This document shows, piece after piece, positions 10,384-22,407 of a stretch of DNA of 64,000 nucleotides. Source of the DNA: Anolis carolinensis (Eukaryota); contig NC_085846.1 in NCBI RefSeq assembly GCF_035594765.1, positions 20,757,190 to 20,821,189 of the forward strand. Reading direction: 5' to 3'. The position numbers and the translations under genes were made by a program. Every line of letters starts with the position of its first letter. The first letter of the stretch is position 1. The notes beneath the pieces were generated by a model, which saw only the letters and a list, made by a program, of their open reading frames with translations, was not told the DNA's origin and did not search any database.

Positions 10384-12810
10384 AACCACAGTATCCATTC
10401 AAGTTCATGTAGCGTGGTATGGACTGGAGACCTGTATTGGGGGGAGGGAGGGTGCGAATCTGGGCCCCTGGGAGCAGCCGAGGACGGGCCTGGCCCACAC
10501 CCCCTCGCATCCCGGGCCTCTTCCTCCTCACCGCCGGGCCCCTCTCGGTCTCTCCAGGCCTGAGCTGAGGCGAGGCGGCGGCGGCGGCCATTTCCCCCCT
10601 CCGTCTTCCTCCTCCTCCTCGGCCTCCTTCCCCCTCGCCCCCTCCCATTGGCTGAGCCTCCCATTGGCTGAGGGGCAAAAGGAAAGGAGTTTGGGTGATT
10701 TGCAAAAGCTTTTTTTTCTTAACGAAAAAAACGAAGAAATAAGAAAAAACGGCCTCTCGCGATTCGAAACCGCGATATCCAGACGTGTGGACAACCAAGG
10801 TTCTATATTGCTTCAAAACAAACGAAAATAACGAATTAATAACGGGTAACGGGAAAATCGAATTATTTGAGCAAGCCTATAATTCAATACTTATCTAATT
10901 TGGATAGGCTTAGATTGGCCTGGTTTTGAGGATGATTTGTCCCAGTTAGCTTGCACAGCTGCAGCACGTTGGAAGACTATAGCCAAAATGAGGCTCCAAA
11001 ATGGAGACTAGACCCTGGTAAAAAAGGGCGGTCCTAAGATGTTGTACTCTTTGACCAATCATTGCAAAGAAAACTGCAGCCAGCTCTTGCAGACTCCAAG
11101 CCACTTTTCCTGGGCTTTTGCAGCCAGAGGCTGAAACAAAATGTAAAGGAGGGAAAACAAACAAACGACCAATAGGTAAGGCAAACCATCGTCCTGGGGG
11201 ACGGAACAGAGGGTGTGATGACAAGGGACTACCATCCCATGTGACAGACAATCTGAGCCCAGGGAATGCAGAATGGTAGTGAAGATATTTGCCGCTCTTT
11301 TCAGTTAAGAACTGGTCCAACTGTCTTTATAGCCCCCAAATTGGGGAAAAGCCTGAATCCTGGATTAGGATTACCCCTGTCTTGGATCAAGGCTGCATTG
11401 TGATCTTTCCCCATGTTATGCTGCTTCAACCCTGTGTGGTGATTAGTCACTACGAGGCTGATTCACATAAACACCAACAGAAGTGGTCAGTGTAAATGCT
11501 CCCTTAATTGTAGTCTAGCCTTAAATTTTAGTCCAGGAGGGTTCCAATTTAGCCAAGATTTGCTCTAGTTCTTCTATTAGTTTTGTACCATAATTAACTC
11601 AAGGAAGTCTCTCTCCTGCCTCTCCCCTTCCCTGCTTCAGCTTTAGAAATGCCCTTGAGTTATGATGTGTTTCTAATTATTTAGGAAGCCAATTTTAAAG
11701 GTGGTAAGGAGATGGCTAATCACATGGGAGAGCAGAAGATAATTTGGAGTATTTACACAAGACTTTGCAATTGTGAGCCTGCATGCTCAGAAACACAGTG
11801 TTCAACCCTCTGTTGAACACTGAAAAATGTATCTAGAGAAAACAAAGAAGGTTGATTCAAGAATCTTTTCATCTGTGGCTTTTTGATGCAAAAGGCTAAA
11901 AAATACATATTGGCCCTTCCTCTGTTCAGGTATAATTTCTAGCATTGTTTTGTCATATGAACAAGGAGTGACAGAAGGGGGGAAAGGTGTTATAAACAGT
12001 CTTGTAATAGCTCAGTTTGCTTTCATATGGGATTTTTTTCCCATCTCCAATATCTGTTTGAGTGAAGTTCATTTCTCCATCTGTAATATATCATTCATGT
12101 CTCTTTCTCTTTCTGCTCCCCCACCAGCTACAATATACACATTAGATTTGGAGATACCCTTACTTTTCTGTTGAAAGAATGAAAAAATGTGTCTGCTTGT
12201 CAGCTTCTGATATTGGATCTTTTCACATTCACACATCAAAAGGTAAATGTTCAAAAAATATTTTTTCATACATGGGGTGACATTCAGAGGCATGTTTTGG
12301 ATGTGAGAGTAATCTGGCTGTGACATCTGTCACCCCATTGATTGCCAGGTTGATTTGACTGATCTGGCTGGCTAGGCGGGTGTCCCCTTCCTCCCACACT
12401 GCTCCATGTGCATCCTTCCCAGAGCTGCATGCTTAGTGGAAGAGGATGATGTCCCAGGTATAGAAGAAGTGTCCTGAGGTACATTTAAACAGCTTAAAAT
12501 AACAGTTGGGCTTGACTAACACTTTCTATACATTCCACAAAGTTTATCTGTTAAATCTGTTGTTATGTTTCCTCCCCAACATGCACTTATTTTGGAATAT
12601 TAGTGTATAATGTCATCCTTATATTTTTACAGTTTAAGCCACTTTCCCTCCAAAAGGATCAGAGAGGTATATATAGAGTTCCCTGATTTCAGAAATGTTT
12701 TACATTAGTCCAATAAAGCAGATGATACATTTATTGCAATGTTTAAAAGTGTTAGACGGTATTCCTTTCTTTCTGTTCTCAATCCATTTGCATTGTTTTT
12801 TTCCCCACAG

Positions 12811-13809
12811 ATGCAGATCACTATTTATGAAACATGGAAAAATCAAACAGACATTACAAAATTTATCTTGCTGGGATTTGGAAACCTTATGGAGTTTCAG
12901 ATGTTTCTTTTTCCCGCACTCATTCTGATCTATATCCTAACTATGTTTGGAAACATTCTCATTGTTATTCTGGTTGTATTTGAACCACACCTTCATACTC
13001 CTATGTACTATTTTTTAGCTAATCTATCCTGCTTGGAAGTTTGCTATAGTTCAACCATCCTGCCGAAGGTGCTGATAGATCTTCTAACTGGTGACAAATC
13101 TATTTCTCTTTTGGGCTGTTTCACACAGCTTTTTTGCTTTGGGTGCCTTGTAATTGTTGAATGTTATCTCCTCTCAGTAATGTCTTATGATAGATATGTT
13201 GCAATTTGCAAACCGCTTCACTATGCAACTATTATGAATGGCAAGGTCATTCTTCAATGTATGGCAATATCATGGATCTGTGCAACATCAATTTTAATTG
13301 TCATCGTATCTTTGATGTCACAGTTATCCTTTTGTGGCGTCAGGGAAATTGACCATTTCTTTTGTGATTTCGCTCCAGTACTCCAACTCTCTTGTAATGA
13401 CACAACCCACATTAGATTATTAGCTGTTATATTTGGCTCATTTGATATCCTGCCCCCATTTATATTGACTATCACATCTTACTTTTGCATTATTAGTGCT
13501 ATATTGAGAATTCCATCCACTACTGGTAGACAAAAAGCATTTGCTACTTGTTCCTCTCATCTCATTGTGGTCACCATTTTCTATGGAACACTAATGATTG
13601 TTTACTTACTACCAAACTCTATTGCATTTAAAAAGGTATTTTCAGTCCCATACACCATACTGACTCCCATGGTCAATCCTCTTATATACAGTCTGAGAAA
13701 CAAAGAAGTGAAAGAATCTTTGAAAAAGACCATAAGAATATTAATTGGTTTCAATGAAAAAAACAGATGGCACCCAGTAGCTGTATTTGGACATAACATT
13801 ACGTCATGA
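12811..13809 (+). CDS. Olfactory receptor, class II (OR10/OR11-like), ~332 aa, intact; paralog of 4239-5201
   Basis: Motifs NQT, LHTPMYYFLANLS, MSYDRYVAICKPLHY, HFFCD, KAFATCSSHL, PMVNPLIYSLRNKEVK. The likely ATG (12811) directly follows the acceptor ttttttccccacag. Confidence 0.93.
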   Translation: MQITIYETWKNQTDITKFILLGFGNLMEFQMFLFPALILIYILTMFGNILIVILVVFEPHLHTPMYYFLANLSCLEVCYSSTILPKVLIDLLTGDKSISLLGCFTQLFCFGCLVIVECYLLSVMSYDRYVAICKPLHYATIMNGKVILQCMAISWICATSILIVIVSLMSQLSFCGVREIDHFFCDFAPVLQLSCNDTTHIRLLAVIFGSFDILPPFILTITSYFCIISAILRIPSTTGRQKAFATCSSHLIVVTIFYGTLMIVYLLPNSIAFKKVFSVPYTILTPMVNPLIYSLRNKEVKESLKKTIRILIGFNEKNRWHPVAVFGHNITS

Positions 13810-14111
13810 TCTGTGTTGAAAGGAGTTTGTTTAAAAAGACAAAATGTGGGCAGTAGAGATTGGGATTGCATGCTTGAGGTTACTGTCCCTTTACTGTTCT
13901 GATGGTGTATATCTATTTGCATTTATGGAAAGATGATATCATCATACGTATTTTGAAATTATTCTGTCTAGACGCAAATAATACAGTTTAAATAGGACAT
14001 ATAAAAAAGATTTGGTGAATGGGATGATTATATATCTAGGTTTGTGTGTATATTAGTAATACTTTTTGCTAACAAAGCTTGGTCAACAACAAACACAATG
14101 AAAAACATACT

Positions 14112-14250
14112 AGATACCTCACAACTTCTGAGGATGCCTGCCACAGATGTGGATGAAACATCAGGAGAGAATGCTTCTGGAACATGGCCATACAGCCTGG
14201 AAAACACGCAACAACCCTGTGATTCCTGTCATGAAAGCCTTCAACAACAC
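14112..14250 (+). mobile_element. Penelope-like terminal fragment with hammerhead motif
   Basis: ctt-CTGAGGA-tgcctgccacagatgtggat-GAAA-caTC-agg at 14125-14165. Confidence 0.75.
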
Positions 14251-14534
14251 ATGAAACATACCAGTATTTCTCTTTCAGATACATACTGTTTGATGGAGGT
14301 AGAGTCTGTGGTGGAGATTGGATATGGATAATATTTGAACTTGTATTCTCATCTGTGATTAATTTGACTCATCCTGCCAAACACATTAGCTGCTATCTAT
14401 CTTCTTGATCTGTTTTCAGATAATAGTCCCAATTTGGACACAAGCAACTGGCTCCCATTGGCTAAATGGATACCCATATTAATAACTAGTTACAAATGGA
14501 AGTGCCAAATGTCTTAGGAATAAACTAAGTATTA

Positions 14535-14975
14535 GGTTGCTATGAATTTTTCAGGCTGAATGACCATGTTTTAGTAGCATTCTTTCTTGACATTCCACCT
14601 GCATCTGTGGCCTGCCTCTTTAGAGGTCTGTTGAAAATGACCAGATTTAGTTCATTTTCATAGTTTTCTCTTTTCTGTCGAAATTGTCCACATGCTTGTG
14701 GATTTCAGTGGATTATCTGTGTAGTCTGGCATGATGTTTGTCAAAGTGGTCCAGCATTTCTGTGTTCTCAGATAATTTTCTGTGTCCAACTTGGTTCATC
14801 AAGTGCTCTGCAGTGCCTTTCATGTTCTTTGATTCGTGTTTGGGTGCTGCTTTGTAGACTTGTCCCGCAGTGGTTAGAGGATCCCTCTACTGGATCCCTC
14901 TACTGGAACATGGCCATACAGTCTGAAAAACTCACAACAATCCAGTGACTCCAGCCATGAAAGCCTTTGACAATA
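14535..14975 (-). mobile_element. Penelope-like retroelement remnant (GIY-YIG endonuclease C-terminus plus terminal repeat, with an inverted short copy at ~14900-14975)
   Basis: The minus strand of 14640-14870 gives CGQVY..QTRIKEHERHCR..EHLMNQVGH..ENTEMLDH..RLHR*STEIHKHVDNFDRKE.TMKMN. A degenerate hammerhead-bearing repeat follows. Confidence 0.8.
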
Positions 14976-15313
14976 CAAACTATGTGTTGTCTTGGAATTC
15001 TGTGAATGAAACTCATAGTGTAGTGTAATTTTCTTTTTGAAATAAAACAAAATCCAAAACCTACATAAGAGTAACACTTTTATCTCCCAACCAAAATTCA
15101 CAAACAACTTTCTGCAATCTTTCAAATATCCATTGGCTTCTTCATGAGGCCAAAAAAGTTAAACCATCATATAAGAAAAGAAAATCATAGTTTGTTAGAA
15201 TCACAGGATTACATTTTGTATTGGTGACAGTTCTGTTGTACATAGTTCAATTGGTTTGGAGGGATTTCATTGCAGGCATGCAGTCACTTCCCCCTTGGCC
15301 ATATGGAGAACTA

Positions 15314-15535
15314 GGGTGCATCTACACTGTATAATTAATGCAATTTGATGTCACTTTAACTGCCAGGGCTTATTACTATGAAATCCTAGGATTTGCAGTC
15401 TAATGGGACACCAAAATTCTTTGGCAGAGAAAGTTAAAGTCCTTGTAGAATTACAACTCTTACGATTTTATAGCATTAAATTATAGCAGTTAAAATGTTG
15501 TCAAAGTGCATTAATTATACAGTGTAGATGCACTC
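15314..15535. mobile_element. MITE with ~28-bp TIRs (gggtgcatctacactgtataattaatgc family)
   Basis: gggtgcatctacactgtataattaatgca ... tgcattaattatacagtgtagatgcactc. Further copies at ~26360-26680 and 43681-43900; partial copies at ~22740-22925, ~56720-56915 and ~59404-59490. Confidence 0.75.
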
Positions 15536-16449
15536 TTAAGTGATAATATGGTGATTGGTGCCATTTCTCCTCCTACTCTGCATTCTTTGCATAAGGTATA
15601 GAATGGGCTTTCTGGAAAATAATGATGGTATTCACAATTGATAGGTGATTAAATTATTAATGGACAACCATCAAGAATACTTCTGATACCACCAACAATA
15701 TAATTTCTTTTCTTTTCTTTTTTTTTTGCTAGTTTGTCAGCAATTAAGCTTGAGATATTAAAATTGTGTAAAGGTTTATTTAAAGCAATTTCCCATGGAG
15801 TAGGGTGGTGCAAAATTAGAATCAGAACCAGAGACATGGATATAAAATGGAAAAATAATCTAGAATTGCAATAATGAGGATGGAAAGTTGACAGAAACTA
15901 TTTGAACCTGGTGATCCAGAAAGCAAGATGGGGCTTAATTGTGTTACATATGTTGTTGTCATTCTTGATAGAACAAAGTAGGGAAGTCTTTCAAGGTTGC
16001 TGTTCTATGTCTTCTACCTAATTAAAACATTCAACTATCTGATTGTCGTTTTTTTTTTTTTTTTAATGGAATCCCTTAACAGTCAATTCCAAGCAGCAAA
16101 GATTATTGAAGTTTAACATTTCTCACTGTTGCTGATTTCAGTTCACTATTTATTTATTTACAATATTTCTACCCCATCTTTCTCACGCGAAGGGACTCAA
16201 GGCGACTTACAGAAATCGGCAAAATTTAATGCACAGAACAGAATTTAATAAAATCAAACCACAACTTTTAAATCAATTAATTTTACTTCTTCTAATTATA
16301 TCCACTAAGCTTTTTTCAGTTTTTGACATCATGTTTCAAATCTATTTCTTGTTGCTTCTTCAGCAAGCACATACTTATGTCCTCAGTCTGTTTTGTTTCC
16401 ATGTAGAGTTCATAATTATTTACGTGTTTGTATGTTTCTACCACTTTTA

Positions 16450-16770
16450 GGAGCCCCAGTGGCGAAGTGCGTTAAAGCACTGAGCTGGAGACCGAAAGGT
16501 CCCAGGTTCAAACCCCGGGAGCGGCATGAGCGGCCACTGTTAGCTCCAGCTCCTGCCAACCTAGCAGTTCGAAAACATGCCAATGTGAGTAGATCAATAG
16601 GTACCGCTGTGGCGGGAAGGTAACGGTGCTCCATGCAGTCATGCTGGCCACATGACCTTGGAGATGTCTATGGACAACGCCAGCTCTTCGACTTAGAAAT
16701 GGATATGAGCACCAACCCCCAGAGTCGGTCACGACTGGACTTAACGTCAGGGGAAACCTTTACCTTTACC
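16450..16770 (+). mobile_element. Full-length Sauria SINE
   Basis: tRNA-like head (TGGCGAAGTG A-box, GGTTCAAACCC B-box), body gccaacctagcagttcgaaaacatg, BovB-like tail and (ACCTTT)n end. A 9-bp direct repeat taccacttt lies at 16439-16447 and 16772-16780. Confidence 0.92.
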
Positions 16771-18694
16771 GTACCACTTTCAACTAAATTTATTCATTTT
16801 CCTTCTGTTTTCTCTAAGTTTATTATACGTCTTTTAAAAATAAAATCTCCAAGTATCTCTGTTTTCTTTCTTCTTTATTTATACACATAAATCCAATTGC
16901 TAGTCCTATATAAAGTAAACCAATGCAGTCAATCAGAACTCAACAAGACAACAGTATTTAAATTCCATTGATTCAATCATTTTGCTCCAGTTGGAGAAAA
17001 TTATCAGTTGAATTGAATTAGCAATCGTTTATTGCAAATAAAGAGCAACATTGTAAACATAAAATACAACAGGATGTGATACAATAAAAGAACAAAACTT
17101 TCCCCAGGGAAATCATGTGGATCTGTATGTTGAGGTCACCATGTATCCCTGGAAATGGCACCATTTGTTTGTACACCAGTCTGTTGATTTCTGTCAGCAT
17201 GCATTTTTGAGGACTCTTAATCTTTCATGGAGCGACAGAAGGGCCTCATGGAGAATGTAGGGTTGTTTGTCTTAGGCCTTCTTTCTTCTGGCAGCGAAAG
17301 CTGAACAGGTTGTATTTTGTATGTGTTTCTTGTCTCAGTGGGATTCCTTCTGCCTCTGTTTCTCTCAAGAAGGAAAACAATCTGCGCTTTTTGTTCCTTC
17401 TCAGCCACTTTCTTCACCTTCAGAGCGAACCAACAAATTGCTTCAGGCTCTGAGGCAAAAGAAAGGTGTGCCTTGGGATGTAGGATGGTCTCGATACAAT
17501 AAAATGTTAATTGGCTTAGACACAGATTGAATGAATTTAAAGTTACTGTATATTTTTTAAATCATTAAAATTACAGTACATCTAATTTAAAATTGTCCCA
17601 AAACACTTCATAAAAATTTCTAGGTTCAGCCACTTCAAACAAATGCCCTGCCTGACTTACCTCCCCCACCATCCCCTCTCCTGGGTTCTCCTTTCCAGGA
17701 GGCCTTGCGCCCTGTGCTTTTTGGCGCGCTAGCTGGGCAGCCAATCAGGTTTGCTCCAGCCTGCGCCCGGACCAGCTGCATGCGAGCCCTGCTTTGTTCT
17801 GCCAATGCAGGCAAAGCAGGGGCAGAACAGCACTTGGTGCCAGTCGCCTCTCAGCTGTCCCATCCCTCCACCCTGAAATTGTATCATTGTATGCATTTAT
17901 TGTTCAATTGCTCAGCATTTGCTTTAATCACAACTTGGGGGCGTGTGGCATGGGCCCTGGATCCAGTTTGTGTACCTCCCCCCTTTATCGGTGAGGGGGG
18001 AGTGTCCTCGTGGTGTAGGGGTGCGGCAGTACCAGTGACCCAGGCCAGAACCAGTCGGCTCACTGCCAGGGACCCCTACTGTTGTGAAGTGGCATTGATC
18101 AGCATCGGACTGTCCAATTCTTGACCCAGGACCTATGCATGGCTGCCAACCCTGTTTCTCATTGTAATCAATTAACAAGTTGTAGCCTTTGGTTATCCCA
18201 AACCTATTGTATCTGTCTTTCTTTGTGGGTTTCTGGTGGGGGGAGATTGGTCGCCACTGCCCACGCAACCAAAATCCTTTCTGGTGCAGTGACATCTGAT
18301 TTATGATTTGTAAGAAAATCCTAATAGTAAGAGTGGATTTCTTGAAAGTCAAGTCACCTTTAGCATAATTTGAATAGTTTTTCTTGAAGTAAAAAGAAGC
18401 AGATTTTAAAAATGAAAACTGCAGATGTTTCAGTAAGATAATAGCTAGAACAATTTTATATAGGTAATGGTCCAAATATTTAAAGTATTGAATTGTATGT
18501 ACTGTCACCATCTGTATATCGTGCCTCATGGCAAAAGAAACAAGGAGAGATTTGATATCCACACCTGAATTCTGTATGTCATTTCAATTTAATCAATTCA
18601 TACATTTCTATCATGGGAATGAATATTTAATGTAAGGCATACTTTTAAAGACTTCACTTCAAACAAAATCTGTTTGATAAATGAAAGATTCACC

Positions 18695-19614
18695 TCATAA
18701 TAATTTGAAACGTGAATTTGCTTTTCCAAGTATATTTGTCTTTCTGTTCCACTCAGGTCTCAGCACGATAATGTAACACTTAGGGAAAAAGATAAAGCCC
18801 AGTAAAGCACTACTGGAACCCAAGATTGCAAAAATTTCCACTACCACCATGGATTTGCCCGTATTACTTATGTAAGTTGACACGAAGGACAACCAAACAG
18901 AGCAAAACACCAGCATGCTGAAGGTGATTAGTTTGGTTTCATTAAAAACTCCAGGCAACTTTCTGGCGAAGAAGGCTACAATGAAACTGACTATGGCGAG
19001 AAAGCCCATGTAGCCTAGTACAACATAAAACATGGAAATAGACCCTTCCTTACAAAGAAGAATGATATGATCATGTCCTGATGGCTTTTCCATATCTGGA
19101 AAGGGGGGAGATGTTACCAGCCAAATGCCACAGATTACAACCTGAATAAGAGAGCAGAAGAAAACTATGGAATTTGTCAGCCTTTTCCCTGTCCAATGTT
19201 GCCAAGTGCTTCCTGGATTTTTAATCAAAAAGGCTAATATTACTGTGATGGTTTTTGCCAAGATAGATGAAACAGCAATTGAGAAAACAATGCCAAAAAA
19301 TGTTTGGCGTAGGAAGCAGGAAACTTTACTTGGCTGTCCAATGAATATCAAAGAGCAAAGGAAGCACAGGAGGAGGGAAAAGAGAAGAACAAAAGTGAGA
19401 TCACGATTATTGGCTTTCACTATGGGTGTGTCCTGGAACTTGAAAAATATTCCTAGGATTAAAACTGTGATGAGGGAAAGAAACCCTGATATAAAAGCTA
19501 AAATAGCTCCCAAAGGCTCATTATATGAAAGGAACACAATCAACTTTGCAATGCATTTATCACGGCTGTCACTTGGATACTGATCTTCTGGGCATTTTTC
19601 ACAGTGATCCATAT
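18695..19614 (-). CDS. V2R exon 6 (7TM domain, stop codon)
   Basis: Acceptor tttttttag, then (D)[63 protein letters not shown]. 920 nt. Confidence 0.95.
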
Positions 19615-20650
19615 CTAAAAAAAGAAAAAAAAGAAACATTCATGCAGACTTTTACCACAGTCCAAGCAATATAATGTTGATCATCTGAATTAAAATCTAT
19701 AAGAACTTACTTTGTCATATTAGGAATGCAACCCAATGTCATAATCATGTTAAGTAGGCTTCAAGTTTATGAACTCATTTTCTGATAGTTTTGGTTTTTG
19801 ATCAGGTATAGAAAAGCATTTCTGTGAAGTTGATATTTTTTTATCAAAATTATCCATTTCTCTTCTCCACAGAAACAAAACATTGCTTAAACATTTGTGG
19901 GAGGTGTAGCATATTTTATAATGGAATGACACATTTGCATGGAGTTTGTTATGTTTTTGGAAAGATAAAATGCACATTGCTAAAAAGGTGGTTAAGACAA
20001 ATAAATAAAGATGCACACAATTGAAAAATGTGCAGAAATGTACTTTAATGAATGGGGTAAAAGGCATACTTAAATAAATTTGGACTTTTTGGAAAATACA
20101 TACAGAAAATGCAATGAACCTCCATATGTGAAGACAAAATAAGTTTCACAACATGACACTACCAAAGCATGGCAGGAAAATGCAGACACAGATTAAAATT
20201 ACAAAGGATTCAACAAAGGGGTTTTTTATGCCACTAATATTATATGAAAGTTCCAGGTGGATGATATCTTTTCCAGTAGAGTCAATATATAATGAACATA
20301 TTGAAAGCATATTTGTCTACCATACACCGTTGTTTTGGCAAAACAGAGTGAACAATTGATGTACTTCTCTAATCCAAATGACTGTCAGAAAAACACCCTG
20401 TAGAACTAAAACTGTTGAAGAAGAAAAATAAATGTGCAGTTCAGTAGAGTAGCAGAGTAACCCTGCAAAGTAAATTATGCACTTCAGTGCTGATTTCTAA
20501 TCAGAGACCCAAAATATAGATGATTGTGATGTTGTATATCAACAAATCCAGCATCATGGTTCTTATCTGTATCAGAAGTCTTAATTGCTCACCAATTAGA
20601 TGTACAATAGATGTATCTTGGCAATCAAATATTACATAGGGAACACATAC

Positions 20651-20774
20651 CCTTCTGGCTAGAGATTGTTCCTTCTGTACATGGAACACAATCAAAACAG
20701 CATGATAACTTCCCAGATGCAAGAGATCTTCTGTATCCGGGATGGCAACTTTCACTGCACACAGAAATTGGAAT
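20651..20774 (-). CDS. V2R exon 5 (cysteine-rich domain, 124 nt)
   Basis: ctcag|IPISVCSESCHPGYRRSLASGKLSCCFDCVPCTEGTISSQK G|gtatgt. Not in the ORF track. Confidence 0.93.
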
Positions 20775-21197
20775 CTGAGAATAAAACTCTTTGTTATTTT
20801 AATGAAAATTGTGAAAATTCATTTTAACAGCACAAGAATAGAACCCAAAGCAAAATATTTGTTGAACTGGAGCAACATTAATTTGATCTGTCTCGCTGGT
20901 CTAAATCTAATTGCTACTCTCAGCTGAAACAACCTTGCTGATCTAATTATAAAATGAATAGCAACTAAACTTCAATGTAAATTATTTCTAGGTTTTGTAA
21001 TATGGTACAAGGGTGGGCTAACACAAGTAACTCCCCTGAACTTTTGGCTCTCAGAGTGTACCATATCTAAATTCTATAAATAGGTGATTTTATGGTCTGA
21101 ATTGAGGAAGTTCCATTTCCACATCAACAACCAGAAAAGGATATAATATTATTTCAGACCATATTCCTGTGTCTACATCTTCTCCATTGGTCCACAG

Positions 21198-21595
21198 CAG
21201 AGCCGGCCCTAAGTAATTTGGGGGGGGGGGAGTAGGCAAACCAAATCTTTGCACCACCCCCAATTTGCCACCCCTACAAACCAATACCTGAGAGCTGGGG
21301 CGGCGGGGACCATCACTTACCAAACAGCCGAACGAGGAAGGCCAGGCTCCGGGAAGGCCTAGCTCTTCTAGGGAGACCTTGTGAGGTCTCGCGAGGTCTC
21401 ACGAAGTCTCCCGAAGTCTCCCGAGAAGAGCCTGGCCTTCCTGGAGCCTGGCCTTCCTCATTCTGCCATTTGGTGAGCGATGTTCCCTGCTCCCACCACC
21501 ACTGCTGGGGACCATCGCTCGCCTCGACAGCGCCCCCCCCTTTGACATGCGCCCCAAGCGGCGGCTTCAGCCGCTTCAATGTTGGATCGGGCCTG
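21198..21595. mobile_element. GC-rich hAT-type non-autonomous element in V2R intron 4
   Basis: Perfect 8-bp TSD gtccacag (21190-21197, 21596-21603), imperfect TIRs CAGAGCCGG / TCGGGCCTG, and an internal 10-bp tandem repeat. Confidence 0.75.
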
Positions 21596-22179
21596 GTCCA
21601 CAGTGATCCAATTACCATGGTAATGGCTGCCCCTACAAAACTCCAGGCAGGCATCACTCCAAGCAATAGCTATCTGATCTGTTGGAGATCAGGGCACAGC
21701 AAAAACATGTTTCCACCTTGCTCCCATCACTGAGATCACAGAAATCAGAAGCAGGACCCCTCTCACAATTCCTCATTGCACCACCAAAAGTTGGCAGGAA
21801 GAGACTTGAAACATAATTCTTCTGCACCTTGCTGACCAGAAAAACAACCCCTATTGTCTGATAAAGTTTTTACTTGTTAAGGTAGGTTTGTAGGGTTCTG
21901 CATCAAGTTGAAAATAGTCAAGCAAAAGAGCTATGGACTCAATACAGGAATGTGTTTTACCCATTGGGAGAGATTTTTCTGAGAATGTGTAGGCAAAACA
22001 TCCAGTGTTTAGAACATGGGCTTTACTTTAAAGAAAAAGAGATACCAGAATCCAAAGAATAAATGGAATGTATAAATTTCATCAAAGGAAGCAATTATTA
22101 CCATTTGCATCTTACATTCTGAACTTTATGTTACTTTTTGATACTTAAAGATACAGATGTGAGAAACAAGGTTCTTGAC

Positions 22180-22407
22180 CTGGTTATCTCTGTTGTTCCA
22201 CACCACAGATTCATCATTGATGGTGATGGTGGGACCCAATGCAGCCTGAAGTTCCACACTCCCAACTTGTGTAGCTACTGCGGAATTATTTGGAAATATG
22301 ACCCAGTTTAATATGTCATACCCAGAATGCAAATCATGATTCTCATCAAAAGATATTTCTTCACCTGCAGAATTATTAAATCGGATTTGCCTCAGGAAAG
22401 AGTGAAG
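22180..22407 (-). CDS. V2R exon 4 (228 nt)
   Basis: tattag|LHSFLRQIRFNNSAGEEISFDENHDLHSGYDILNWVIFPN...WNNRDNQ|gtcaag. Confidence 0.93.

Larger units (their letters stand above)
9319..10879. mobile_element. Non-autonomous hAT-type DNA transposon (1.56 kb) with internal cargo
   Basis: Termini TAGGCTTG...CAAGCCTA and a perfect 8-bp TSD taattcaa (9311-9318, 10880-10887). Many AACGAA/TTCGTT subterminal repeats at both ends; CpGs are retained. Confidence 0.85.

Noticed and set aside
9881-10831. 316-aa ORF and overlapping GC-rich antisense ORFs
   Set aside because: The frame crosses an antisense SINE, a Penelope fragment and a low-complexity GC block. It starts at TTG and has no recognisable domain, so it is treated as a chance open frame.
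12739-12810. 24-aa N-terminal extension of the OR
   Set aside because: It overlaps a polypyrimidine tract and AG acceptor, so it is probably intronic. The same applies to 50210-50260.
16450-16520. tRNA-like A/B boxes (also 61250-61320)
   Set aside because: These are SINE heads, not tRNA genes; I could not form a complete cloverleaf.
17924-18562. 212-aa minus-strand ORF just downstream of the V2R
   Set aside because: It has a GTG start, joins AT-rich UTR to a GC-rich repeat-like block, and shows no family motifs.
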